This document shows, in pieces, positions 50,641-63,815 of a stretch of 64,000 nucleotides of DNA; the stretch's first letter is position 1; each line of letters begins with the position of its first letter. This DNA comes from Octopus sinensis (lineage: Eukaryota): NCBI RefSeq assembly GCF_006345805.1, contig NC_043010.1:2604001-2668000 (forward strand). The letters are read 5' to 3'. The translations under genes were made by a program, and so were the position numbers. The notes under the pieces are model-generated. The model was not told the DNA's origin, searched no databases, and saw only the letters and a list, made by a program, of their open reading frames with translations.

Positions 50641-52322
50641 TTGAAGTCAAGAAGATGAACTTCATAAAGGGGATGACAACAAAGAGCTGCAGCAAATGGC
50701 AAGGCATTGTGCTAGAGAAGACCTGTCCATCACATGCAAGATTGGAAAAAGCAGATGTAAAAATAATGATGATGATACACATACACATATTTATATAAAT
50801 ATCATACATATGCACATTCATACATGCATGCAACACATATATGCCCATACATATATTTAGCATATCTAACCAGATTTAATTCTATGGTTATCGAAGTGCT
50901 GGGATTAAAAGCCCAACTCACAGAGAAAGAGAACACAGAATCAACACTCAACAGATCATTTTCTTTTTTATTTATTTTAGAGATTGCAGAATTTCTTCGG
51001 CTTCAATAATGATGATATATTGCGGCTGTCTCAATTAAACGAACAATTCTCCCTGAAATCTATAATTTAGAACATTGATGCCTGCTCAACAATAAATGGC
51101 CGACAAAATCTTTAGAGTAGCCGTTCTTTAACTACCAAATACCATCCCCTCCTAAAAAAAGAAAAGACTAGTGAAATTTGCCCTTATCTCCCACTTGATT
51201 AATAAGACAAATACTTTGCATTCACCACCAGCAACATCAAACAATACCAACACACCAACAAAACCACCAACATATGGATACCTTCACATGAGGAACATAC
51301 ATGAAAAATTACATAACCTAAATGCGCTCATCGGTTTTTTAAGATAATGAATTGAAAGAAATATGGCTGGTTTTTGTTTCTTGGTTGAGCAAGAGTGTAG
51401 AGGCATCTGGAGTGCAACAAGATTTCCATACCACAGAAATTGACTGAATATTATATTCTCCTGTCAAAATACAAACCTGACTTCCACCAACTTTCCAAAT
51501 TTAAACAAAAGTGTTGCTGAAATGAGAAAAGATGGACAAACTATAGCACCTTAATTAGTAGCTAATCAATGTCATTTCACCTCTACACTCAGCTAACAAG
51601 AGTTAAGTCCAAAATAAAAGCCAAACAACTCCTTTGCCTTTTTCTGTTCTCTGTTGAAAGTCAAGAGCCCAAACACTGCATTCACCACTCCTTCCAAAAA
51701 CTTGTATTTTTCATCCACAAACACTCTTTTTCATATTAACTGTGACATTATGCGGAGTCACTATGCACATATACTGAGTCTTTAAACTCAATTTTGCTTT
51801 TGTGCTTTTATTCACCACTCAGTTTTGCTTAAAGCAGATAACCATCAGTCTGGTAGTTGGGCCATAACAAAATATTATATAACCGTCCTTTATAGAAATT
51901 AAGCTTGCATCTCATCAAATGTAATCATTACCCCCCACATAGCAGTACTTGTATCAACATTGTAATACATCAAGAATTTACAACTCTTCAGATATAACAA
52001 TATGTTGTACCATAATCAACTGACTGAAGACGCCAAAATGGCTATAATAAGACATGGTATATAATAATGTGACATTAATCAGTTCACTTAACGATTTCTG
52101 ACTTCTTATACTGCTCAGAACTTAACTTCAAATTTATGTCCTGAGATTTAATGACATTCATAAATTTCATGTCGTTCAAACACTCGATACTTTCTAACAT
52201 AATAAGAAATAGTTATTCTCTGCAAAGAAGTATTAACAGCCGTCATTTGGGGAGTATTATTATTATTATTATTATTATTATTGTTATTATTACATAGATG
52301 ATGAATTGGTGGAGTCATTTAA

Positions 52323-52543
52323 CCCTTTTGTTACTGTATTTATTTTGAGATGTTCTGTGTTTCTTTCAATTACTTTAAATATAACAAAGAGTTTAGTAAA
52401 ATAACTTAGTTATCATTAAGATAGTGTTAGGAATATAAATTGCAACTAAGGTTTGGTGGAAGATTTTAATTCAAAACTTAAGAAAACAAGACATTTGTAC
52501 TACAGAGCCAGAGGCAGTTTTGGCCAGGTTGGTAACGAAAGGG
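52323..52543. mobile_element. piggyBac-type MITE
   Basis: TTAA|CCCTTTTGTTAC ... GTAACGAAAGGG|TTAA; internal sequence matches 11273-11493. Confidence 0.92.
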
Positions 52544-52974
52544 TTAAATATCAAATAAAATGTTTCACAGTATTTGTTCCGACCCTTTCGTTCTCCAAGT
52601 TCAAATCCAACTGACATCAATTTTGCTTTTCATCGTTTTCAGGGAGGTGGTCATTACAAAACTACCAATCCAAGATGATGGACTGGTAGAAATGTAAAAA
52701 TGTCAGACTAGATGCCTTACCATATTTGTTCTGCTTCTTTGCACTCCGAGTTCAAATTCCATTACAGTCTACTTACCTGGTAGACTTAATCTGTTACCCA
52801 GTTTAATACCACCTGGCAACTTGCTGGCAATTAGCAGCATCCACTCATTTTAAACCATCTGGGCTAGATATCCAGTTTGAGGATATCTTCATAGTTCCTT
52901 ACCTCCTACCAGCCTGAGAGACCTAGTAAAAGGTTATGGGCACTACCTTCCAAACCGAGTATAAGGTTATAGAA

Positions 52975-53377
52975 ATGGTTTCTGATTAAGGTACACAGCC
53001 AGCAATTTTCAAATGGTTGGGGTTAGTCAATAATAATCATCTTTTCTACTCAAGGCACAAGGCCTGAAATTTTGGGGGAAGGAGCCAGTCGATTAGATTG
53101 ACCCCAGTATACAACTGGTACTTAATCTATCAACCCTGAAAGGATGAAAGACAAAGATGACTACAGCAGAATTTGAACCCAGTACGTAAAGACAGACAAA
53201 ATACTGCTAAGCATTTTGCCCAGCATGCTAACGTTTCTGCCAGCTCACTGCCTTCAGTTAATAAGAATAAAACTTTCTACTGTAGGCACAAGTGAGTTTC
53301 TTAACCACACACAGCACACACACACACACAAATTCTTGTATGTATACACACATACACATATATACAAATTCTTGTAT

Positions 53378-53410
<33 letters not shown>

Positions 53411-53545
53411 CATATGTATGCGCTATAAGGCCAAAGAGAGGGATAGTTGATTACATCAACTTCAGTACTTGACTGATACCTATTTTATCAACCCCAAAAG
53501 GATAAAAGGCCAAATTGACCCCAGTGGAATTTGAACTCAGAATGT
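52975..53545 (-). mobile_element. Stack of SINE family 1 copies and fragments
   Basis: Full copy at about 53040-53253 plus partial copies on both sides, separated by (AAT)n-like tails. Confidence 0.8.
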
Positions 53546-56156
53546 ACGACCTTAGCAGCAGTAGTAGTATACTCACACCCACTTACACACATGCATGCAC
53601 ACACACACATATATATATAAATAAACATACACACAGAAATTAACTGATATGACGAGACAGAGTGGTTGTGTTCAAAGTTGTGAATATATGCATACATTCA
53701 ATCAAGACATATTTAACATCTATGCTCAAACTGACCCCCCCCACCTCAAGGTCAGTTTGAACATTGAGGATTCTCTCTGCAGACTGAGCAGATGAACAAC
53801 TCAGTTAATTTCATTTATTTTTACAAGCTTATCAGAAGTTTTTGATTCATCAAATTACAGATTGAGAGAAAGAATAGCTCACAGCTATTTATCAAAATAT
53901 GACAAACAACTGCGTTTTCTCGTCTACATACCAATACATTCATTAGCATTACACATCAATTAGCCAAAGTATTGTGGATAATTTCATATGAATACATTTT
54001 TAATATACAAATACAACCTCAGTGTGTCACATTTTCATTAGTAGTTGTTAGTGATACATGCATACTCTTTCCCTCAGCTGCAATACATTAGATGAAATTA
54101 AAATTATTCATAAGCTTGTAATGGTTTTTTTCACAGGTAAACTCACAATACAGTTTGCACCAGTATTTTCAAGCAAAGAAAACAAGTTTTTAAATATTTT
54201 ATAGCCTGATCCAGTATTTAGTTTGAATATCTATTTTCATATTGCCAGAAATTTCTTAAATTAATTTCTTTATATTTCCAGATATATAGTAAATAGCATA
54301 AGCACTTTAATATGAACATGATTAAGGTCAATTATTGTTATAAGAACTTTACAAAACCCATAAAAAATTTAACTCTTAGAGCCTATCCAACAGCGATAAT
54401 ATAGATTCTTCTGCTACTTGTAACTGCATCCTTCCAAGTAATTATTTGTTTATCAGGAACTGTCTCTCAAAATGTTTTGTTTAATATGCTAAATTCCACC
54501 TCAGCAACAGTTATGCTCCCAGATCTTATACCGACCTAACTGAAAACTATTTCACAAAAGATTTAATCACCATATTCACACATTTATAAAAATCTGGATG
54601 ATGATATGACATGGTTTTATCTACTTTAATCTTTTTTTTTAAGAAGCAGAGTCTGTATATTCAAAATGAAACGATTAAGTTTTAGTCATGCCAAAGCTTT
54701 AAGTACATGATAATTTATATTTAGTTGAATAGATGATAATCTTACATAAAGTGACAACAACTTAAAGAACAATCAGAAATATTTAATTTTTAAAGACATT
54801 TTATGAAGTTTATACTTCATAACTTTATACTCCAAATGATTAAATCAAAGTAACCAAATTCTTCAAATATTATTACAAAAGAATCTCCCAAATTTTTTAC
54901 TTGGTCTCCGGTGCTCCATGAAGTAAAAATGATTGAGGACCACAGCTCTACAGTCTTAGAAACGATGTATCAACTGCACTGGATAATACAGAAGTAGAAA
55001 CACGATGCTTGAAAAAATAATAAAAACAAGATGATCTCGGTTGGAATATTTTTCATCATAGGTTAGCTTAAGGAGGACCAATGAGAACACAATTGTATAA
55101 TCACTAGAATTTTATAAAATCTTTGGTTTATATCATTGAGTGAAAGTAACAGTTAAAGTTGTTATTTAAGTCTGCCTTGATAGAGCAGACATTCTTGTAT
55201 TCTTTTAATGGTTTCAGTCATAGAACTGTGGCCATGCTAAAATACTGCCTTAATTTAATTTCTTTCAGTTTTGTTGTTGCTTTATAGATGGATGTGGAGT
55301 TTGTAGTAACTGATCTGAGTGTATCCTTGAATGGATGTCTGGGTCCAGTATCATCATCAGGAGTTTTATCCAATGGTTTTTTTTTGTTTTCTTTTAATGT
55401 TTCAGTAGTGGTCTCTTTTATATTTCTGATTTCTTTAAGTAAACAGTCGAACAATTGAGGACCTCTAAATATTCAACTAGTACAACAGAGTGCTTTTGCT
55501 CATGACTTGGAAGGTAACAGCATGTAGTGTAGTGGTTAGGCTGTTCTACTCATGATCACTAGATCAAAGGTTTCCTTCCCTGATTGGGCAGTGTGTTGTG
55601 TTCTTGTGCAAAATACTTCATTTTGCATTGCTCCAGTCCCACTTCAATCAGAGGGGAATTTGGGGCTGCTTGCCTAGCCAGTGGTGTAGCATCATTCAAA
55701 CGTTAATGATCAAATTGAGGTTGGTAACATGCATTATTAGTATATTGCACACTGTACTGGAGCGGGAGAGGAGGACATCTGTTACTAGATCTCCATGGAT
55801 GAAGAGTGCTACCCCTTATTCCTGTACTCAGCAGTCACTGCAGTGTAGTACATAACCTGACATATGTACTTCCACATCCAATATGTCTGGGGTCAGAAGC
55901 TTTTAACTTAATGTTACGCACATTGTCTTTTTTCTGCGTGTAAGGTCTCTGAGATATGATGATACTTTTGTTCAGTTTGTGAAGTATGAGAGATCTTGTA
56001 CATTCAGCATTAAAATTGAATTGATTTATTGGTTAATGCATTGGAAGCAGTGGTTGGTGCTGTGTGAGAGCAAATTGCAGCTATGAGTCACGTTTTTTTA
56101 TATGATTAGATCTACACTAGAGAAGCCAATGAATTTAAGATTCCTCTTTCACTTTA

Positions 56157-57250
56157 TGAGAGTCAGCTGAAAAGTTCATAGTCTGACCAAGATACTCTCA
56201 TGGAACGTAACCAAATAATTTTCATTTTTTAATATAGTCCCCCTTGCAGTCCACACACTTCTTCCATCGGTCATGCACGGCAGCAACTGAAACCAAGGAC
56301 TTGTGTGCTGGAGCATTGTCCTGATGAAACAAGAGACCTTTCAGCAATTTTCTTGGGCATTTGGTCTTAATAGCCTTTCATAACTGCCTCAGCAAGTTGG
56401 CATTGTATTTTCTACTGATGGTGTGGTCCTTTTGAATAAGGTCAAGAAACACAATGCCTTTGCATTCTCATAAACTGAGGCCCATCACCTTCCCTGCAGA
56501 TGAAACGACCTTGGTCTTCTATGGATTAGGTGATGAGGGGTGTTTTCACTGCATGCATTGTCTCTTAGTCTCTAGCTCAAAGTGATGAATCCAACACTCA
56601 TCCTGGCTTAGGAAACATTCAAGGAAACCATCTGGATCTGCTTCAAACAATGTCAGATTTTCCTGTGATGTGATCAGCCTGATGTGCTTCTGATGAGGTG
56701 TCAGAAGATGTGGAACCCACTGAGCAGAAACCATCATCATGCTAAGTTCATTGTGCAGAATATTCTCAACTCTCTCAAGAGATATGCTGGTAGCTTTGGC
56801 CATTTGCTCAACAGTCAATTACCTGTCATCCATCAGCATGTGGTGAGGAAGCACGATCAATGTTTTCCTGGGTGGGGGCAGTTGCAGGACGTCTAGACTT
56901 TGGGTCATCGTCAAGACTCTCTCTCTCTTCCCTTCCTAAATTCAGCTGCCCACTTTTGCATTGTTGATAAAGCTAGAGTGCCATCCCCTAACAAAGCAAC
57001 CATATCAGCATAAATGTCCTTGGGAGACTAAACCCTTTTCCTTGATAACACCCCGATGCTAAATTTTGTTCATTTTCAAGAGAATTCACAACTTGTTACT
57101 TTCGAAGTCTTCTTTGAACAGTCAAATGTCAGTTTACATTGAAAGAAACAATGCAGTTAATAAGGAAAGTTGAAATTAAAGCTTGCAAGATTGCACAATT
57201 CTAGCATCACTCTGTCAAGGGGGGCTTATGAACTTTGCGCCCCACCCTCG
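56157..57250 (-). mobile_element. mariner transposon remnant with TIRs and internal deletion
   Basis: TA|TGAGAGTCAGCTGAAAAGTTCATA ... TATGAACTTTGCGCCCCACCCTCG|TA. Motifs WVPHLLTPHQK, QDECWIHHFELETKRQ and HQDNAPAH. Confidence 0.88.
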
Positions 57251-59761
57251 TAGTCAATTGACAATTATGACAAAAATGAAAGCAATCTTCTCAACTTAAT
57301 TATCGCTGTCTTGCAACTCAATATGGCCTTTATCTGTTTCAGAAAAGAAGTGTAATTTGAGGGATATTTGTCTATATCTAACAAGACGAGTTATTGCTTT
57401 GGGTCCCTCATTACCTGAACTATTATTCATTGAAGTATTATTCTAATGGCTTAGGCTAACTCCTTACATTTGTGTAACTATAGATATCCATTTGTTTTTT
57501 TTTCTAATTCCGTTCCAGTATGATCACAGACTCAGCTCAAAAGTCATATTCGATTAACTGAAGTCTTACACCCAGACATCTGATTCCGTAAGCTAGCTTG
57601 TCAAATGGCAGACGACTACCTTAACCAAACAACAGTAGAATTGAATCATTTTTTATTTAATAATTAAAGAAGCGTCCGTTCCCTTCAAGCAATTTAAAAA
57701 TAAATGACAAATAGATACATAAATCAGTTTTAAAGAGAAATTAATTAAATGAGTGAAATGAAATGATATTCATGACAGATAGTTTAAGCTAAACTTGTTT
57801 TGACAATGACTCAAATCAAAAACTTTCATAAATTTACTTATTTCGATCTGTCAGTAATATCAAATAAAATCTTAAATTGTTTTTCTTCCTTTTATTAAGT
57901 GAGATTTCAAAAATATTTTTCGTCTCATTAAGCCATTTGTGCACGATCACCATTAAAACAATCATATAACCAGCACTTAGAATTATTATTTTTACTATTA
58001 AATCATGAATGCTGAATAAGAGACCAGAGTGATGTTATAGCCATGATACCTTGCTAAACAAAGTTATGTGTTCAAATTTCTGAAGTCAACTTGTATTTTC
58101 ATTCTTTTGAGGTCATTAAAACACAATACACGTTAAGTACTGGAGTCGATTTAATCAACAATACCCCTTCGTCAAATCTATAACCTTTTGCTAATTATAA
58201 ATCAATTTTACTTGTTATAATGTAATCTAGTATTTATTTTATTTTCCAGTATTTGGTAGTTTACATTTAATATTTTAATCTTACTGCAGATTGGTGAGAG
58301 AAAAATGTTCCAGACGTCATATTAAGAGGTCTATCTCAGACCAAAAGTTCATAGGTAAAATATATATATATATGAAGAACAGCTACATTATGAGTGCTAT
58401 CTAAAGTTTACAGGTAAAATATGTTACAGCTTTACATTCATCCATGTTGTTACATATATGAGAAGACACATGGAATTTTAGGTATACCACCCGATTTTAG
58501 TTTTCTTATAACTTCCAGAAAATAAATACGTTTTAATGAAATTTAACAAATGTTCTTCAAATAGTGTAAATTCTGGTTATATCAGAACTTGTGAAAACTC
58601 GTGTTTTCCGAATAATCCATATAAATCAACTTTGTTTCTTCGTAACTTTGAGAAAAATAAGTATGCCTTAATAATTTCTGCAAATACTTTTTTACATAGA
58701 TTACGATTTTATCGAAAAATAATGTGAAAAAAGAAATTGGTGCTCACATACTGATACACATAACATAATTTTTCAAAATTTCAAGTTTCATTTTGTAGGG
58801 ATATATGTAATATGAACCTTTTTTTTTTTTTACGTTAAAATCAAACATAATCATAAACAACACCATTTGAAGATGATTGGAGAAAATTTCTTTAAGAAAT
58901 ATCAACTTTTATGAGAACTTGGCAGACCTACACAAGTGTAGATCTGCCAAATTTTATATACTTTTAACCTTTATTCAGAATTATAGTTTTTAGCGATTTT
59001 TTTTCAAAGCAGAGATTGACCAAAAATTAAATACGAATTAGTTTCACCAATGGATTAAAATTTAATCCAGAGATTTATGTAGTAGCAGCATAATAAGGTG
59101 ATAGTATGTTGTCAACTTAATGTGACAGTCCCATAAAAGGCAATAGCCTTTCTTAAGGCAGTAACATGTAGTTTGATGGAGATTTGGCTGTTATTTCAGG
59201 CAGAGTGAATAATCACATAGTGCAGTGGTTCTCAACCATGGATGAATCACCCCTTAGGGGAAATAAATCAGATTTTGGTGGGAGCAATGCATGCAGTCTT
59301 TGATCAGTGACTGTACTCACAACAGGCAATCACACATCCAGTGCATCTTGACAATAAGGGCTCTTCTCAATAACTGTGGTCAAGCCATAAAACCAACTCT
59401 TTTTCTGAATTCAGATGCAGCAACTATGCACCTCAATAGATGCATTGTTTTCCAGGATTTTGTTCATCAATTTATATTGACTCATTCGTTGCTGTATTTC
59501 TTACCCTTGTTAGTATGACACTGGCCACCGGGCTGTGTGATTCATTGAATACATGGCACTTGCCTGAGTTTTACATTCCCTCTCTTAACCATCGAATGTA
59601 GGTATAATAGTCAGTTTAGTGTTTACTAATTTGCATTTGTTTTCACCCACTTTTTATGGCAGGCTTGGTGAAAAAGAAGTGTTAACAGTATATCGATGAG
59701 TACTTACAATATGGTTTTATCAAAAACTCTACGGACCCAAAGCAGCCCTTTTGTATCATAG

Positions 59762-61024
59762 AGTTAAAAGCTGCACTACGTGCTACTCCTGACCCACAAC
59801 GTTGAACCAAATTCCTACCAATTGTTCTTTTTGGATGCCATTCTGCTGTTAAGACAGATCAAGGTTTCTCCTCGGCCAAACTGCTTTACGACACCAGTTG
59901 ATTCATCAGATTCTGATAAGTCATCATACATCAACAGACTTCATTCTTACTTCTCCAGTTTTCCACCAATGTCTCCACAGAACCAATCCATTCCTTCTGC
60001 TGTCCCATCAGACATCTCTGAGTGGACAAATGCTTTTATTTGGAATGATTCAGTTAAAGGACCTCTTACATCACCTTATTCTGGACCTTATCATATACTG
60101 TCACACTCACACAAAAACTTTATACTCGATATTAATGGTCGAAGAGAAACAATATCCATCGACAGGATAAAAAAAGCTTTCATAGAAAATCTCATTCCAG
60201 AACCTGGCATACTATGTACATTCACTCCTACACCAACACCACCACATGTACCACAAACACAACATACCTCTAAACTTTACATCACAAGAAGTGGCAGAAC
60301 AGTACAATGACCACAAGAATTATCCAGAACTATGAACATTTAACTTTGTATTATAACACAAACTGTTTGTTATTTCTTTTTCAAAGAAAGTTATTCACAA
60401 ACATGGTTCCTATGCATGTTTTTACATAGTATTTTCATTTTCCATGTTTTGCATTTAGTTTGATGTGCATAGCTGTGTAGCTGAAGGCTCACTGCACCAA
60501 ACTCTGCAATTATGTTCAGTATCTATCATGATGCATGTAATGCTTTTTCTATTTTACTACATGTTTTCAAGAACATGTTTCTGCTACCTCATTTTGCTTC
60601 GTATCTGCCCTGGATCGCTACAATGGTTCTGCTTATTGACCGTTCATCTAAGAAGAGAGTGATGTAGTGACCCCTGGTGGTTACAACAACAAGCAAAATG
60701 GAAAAGGGATGCAATGAGAGTAATCTCCCTCGAGCTTCTAGAACATTCAAGATTCTTCTGGAAGCTTCCAGTTTTACATGGAGATATATGACTGCAAACA
60801 GAACATATTCATGTAATGTTATAAGCTTCCTTCTATTAACCTTGTATATGAACGCATTACCTCCAGTAATAAAAGTTATGACTTATTACAAGCATCTCAT
60901 GTATTCAATCCTCTTGTTGTTATGAGCAGATACACTGACTTCCTTCTTTCCCATACTGACTAAATTATAGTATGTCATTAGGCCAATGTTACCACCAAAA
61001 ATGGATAACCCCAACATCACTATA
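59762..61024 (+). mobile_element. Gypsy LTR retrotransposon 3' part (integrase C-terminus, PPT, 3' LTR)
   Basis: ORF 59780-60310 has NDSVKGPLTSPYSGPYHIL...ISIDRIK and ITRSGRTV. Purine tract AAGAAGAGAGTGA sits directly before the LTR. Confidence 0.82.
60663..61024 (+). repeat. Gypsy LTR (362 bp)
   Basis: Inverted termini TGTAGTGA ... TCACTATA (1 mismatch), AATAAA inside, hAT reading frame resumes right after. Confidence 0.72.
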
Positions 61025-61673
61025 CTATCTTAGTTGGATTTTCTGTAAGCTGAATGAGGTCTCTCTTCTTCTGCAGGGAAAAATGATGACGCTGACAGAC
61101 TGTAAACAGGTGATGATAGCTTTTGCTGAAATGCTCAATTTTTTTCAAGTTAATTTAAAACTACGGCAGTTTCATAACAAGTCCAAACTAGTGGAAATTG
61201 ACTTATGTGAAAATGGCATTAGTATTTATTGTGACCATCTGTCAGCCTTGAAAAATGATTTAGAAACCAGATTTGCTAATTTATTTAACTTCACTATTCA
61301 GCCCTGGATGACTGACCCCTTCGATTGTGATCCTCACAGTGCACAGGACAAAATCCAGGAGGAAGTCATCGAGATGAAATGTAAAGATGAATTTCAAATT
61401 AAGTTCAAAAAAGAAAGTTTGTCTGAATTTTGTCAATCAGACACTGTAAAATCTCTATATCCAAATTTGTGGTCACAAATGTCAAAAATCCTTTTGTGTT
61501 TCCCGACATTATGTGTTGACAAAACTGGATTTAGTACTATGAATCACATTTTGCAGAAGGAAAGAAACAGATTTGACATTATTTCATGTAGAGATATTCA
61601 TATCTGTTTGAGTGGCATTAAGCCTGACATTGAATTTTTAGCAGAAAATCACCAATCTCAGGGCTCACCTTAG
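61025..61673 (+). pseudogene. hAT transposase C-terminal part incl. dimerisation domain (Buster / ZBED5 / GTF2IRD2-like)
   Basis: YLSWIFCKLNEVSLLLQGK...HLSALKNDLETRF...WMTDPF...YPNLW...LLCFPTLCVDKTGFS...KERNRFDI...HQSQGSP. Catalytic E position altered, central domain missing. Confidence 0.85.
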
Positions 61674-62300
61674 TTAGTCCTTTTCTACATTTAAAGAATA
61701 AAGTCTTATTTTAATTCGTTTTTTGTTTGCATTTACTTGCACAAAATTATTTTTAGTGTAGATTAATCATAATAACATTATATTTAATATTTGTTATAAT
61801 TTTTTGGTGGGCGATTATCAATTAGCTTACATCAAAAATAGCTTTTAGGGGTCAATGGCCGGGAAAATATCAAGAACCTTCAGTGGATGATCAGACTTCT
61901 GATCAAAGATGCACCGGCAGTAATTGTCCCATTTTGTTTTAGATATAATGTACCTACGATGGCATTATATGTGTCCTTCCTTTCTTAGGGCAGTAAAATG
62001 TTTTGTTGGAAATTTAACTGCTACTTCTACAAGTACAGGAGATTACATAGAGGCTTACCTCATCAGGTGGTAGAGATTTAGTTACTGTCACAGTAGAGGT
62101 TCAATCATTTCTTTACATGAGGTTCCCTCATTGTCTCACATCAGACCACATTCTGTGTGTGGATCCAGCAGGGGTGGAGCAAACTTGGAGAGAAAACAGA
62201 CAGTAAATTCTATCAACCCAAATATTTCAGTGGTGTATCTGTTGTGTCTGAACACAGAATGGTAACTCAGAAAAATTCCAACACACTTTGCATTAATGCT

Positions 62301-62530
62301 TATTTCTTTATTGCCCACAAGGGGCTAAACATAGAGGGGACAAAAAAGGACAGACATAGGTATTAAGTCGATTATATTGACTCCAGTGCACAACTGGTAC
62401 TTAATTTATCGACCCCGAAAGGATAAAAGGCAAAGTCGACCTCGGCGGAATTTGAACTCACAACATAACGGCAGATGAAATACTGCTAAGCATTTCACCC
62501 GACGTGCTAACGTTTCTGCCAGTTCGCCGC
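62301..62530 (-). mobile_element. Full-length tRNA-derived SINE, family 1, with TSD
   Basis: A box TGGCAGAAACGTT, B box GAGTTCAAATTCC, conserved core. Direct repeat CTTTGCATTAATGCT at 62286-62300 and 62531-62545. Confidence 0.92.
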
Positions 62531-63034
62531 CTTTGCATTAATGCTATTCTACCAATCACCATACTTGTTATTATAATACACAGTACTAATAGATTGTCAG
62601 AAACAGCATATAAATATATCCTTTCCCTCTCACATACACCCAGAATCCATCATTCTACCGCTGAGGCCCCTAATGATGGAGGTCATGTGACTTTGAAATG
62701 TTGATTCACTGAATGTAAGTAATCTTACGTATAAACTCCCAATATCCTCAAAGATTCATTATAAGGAAATACAGAAAATTGAAAATGAAATATTTGCAAA
62801 ACAGAACAGAAACAAAATATGTCTAAAATGGAAAAAATATGGCTTCGAAAAAAAATGTATTTCCTATTTATACAAATGTATTTATGTTATAAATGATAGC
62901 TATTTTAATGAAAAATATGCCTGTAAAGAAAGTAGATTCTCCACTTATACATGAATACATGCATGCATATAATATAAACACATACACATACACAAACACA
63001 TGTATATGCATACATATTTTGTGCATGCACATAC

Positions 63035-63085
<51 letters not shown>

Positions 63086-63440
63086 GTGTACATATGTATC
63101 TTATAAACGATAGCTGGCATAGAGACCATAAGTGTTATTAAAGATGTTAAGCAATAAAGGATATTGATTACGTATATCAACACAAAGCCACAGAATTATG
63201 AAGGGAGGGCATAGCCAAATTTGAAAAACTTTTTTTTTTATTCATCAGTTTGTTCTAGAGAAAGACCCCATCGAAAGCCCTGTGAAATTTGTGCAATTAA
63301 CACTACTAATGCTTCAATTGAATTGCCCCCTTTTTTTTTAATTGATAATTTATTCTATCAATCCCTGAAGAGTAAGAGGGAAAGTTGATGCTGATGGATT
63401 GGAGCTTGGAGTATAAAGACATAAATAAATACCCATTCAG

Positions 63441-63815
63441 TGCAGGCATGGCTAGTTGTAAGGGTAAGAAGCTTACTTTGTAACCATATAGTTTCAGGTT
63501 CAGTTCCACTGCACAGTATCTTGGCCAAGTATCTTCTACTATAGCCCCAGGCCAACCAATGACTTGTGAGTGAATTTGGTAGATGCATACATATGTGTGT
63601 GTGTGTGTGTGTGTATTTGTATCGTTGTGTTTGTGACTACTCCTTGACAACCAGTGCTAATTTGTTTACATCACCATAACTTAGCTGTTTCATAAAAGAG
63701 ACAGACAGAATAAGTACCATGCTTAAAAAGGCAACAAACATGAGGTCAAATCATTTGGCTAAATGCTTCAAAGCAATGCCTCAGAATAGCTGGACACAAA
63801 TAAGATAAAAAGTAT
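63441..63815 (+). mobile_element. tRNA-derived SINE, family 2
   Basis: Head GGTTCAGTTCCACTGC, core GTATCTTCTACTATAGCC...GTGAGTGAATTTGGTAGA, internal (TG)n, tail ACTTAGCTGTTTC...AGAATAAGTACC. Confidence 0.78.

Larger units (their letters stand above)
59223..61880 (+). mobile_element. hAT Buster/Charlie-type transposon remnant interrupted by a Gypsy fragment
   Basis: Left end CAGTGGTTCTCAACC. N-terminal KKKC*QYIDEYLQYGFI...QPFCII at 59657-59760. C-terminal ORF after 61024. Right end degraded (CAAGAACC at about 61871). Confidence 0.8.

Noticed and set aside
52024-52050. CTGAAGA-C-GCC-AAAAT-GGC hammerhead-like start
   Set aside because: Followed by TATA rather than GAAA, with no stem III or stem I.
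53722-53764. 15-bp hairpin ATGCTCAAACTGACC / GGTCAGTTTGAACAT (similar-size hairpin at 58919-58950)
   Set aside because: Short and isolated; probably collapsed DNA-transposon ends, and no function can be supported.
55218-55454. 78-aa ORF and a CTGATGA on the minus strand
   Set aside because: No recognisable domain or splice support, and no GAAA downstream of the CTGATGA.
60972-61673. Domesticated ZBED/GTF2IRD2-like host gene
   Set aside because: Only the C-terminal part is present, the catalytic residue is altered, the N-terminal piece has a stop, and a transposon terminus flanks it.
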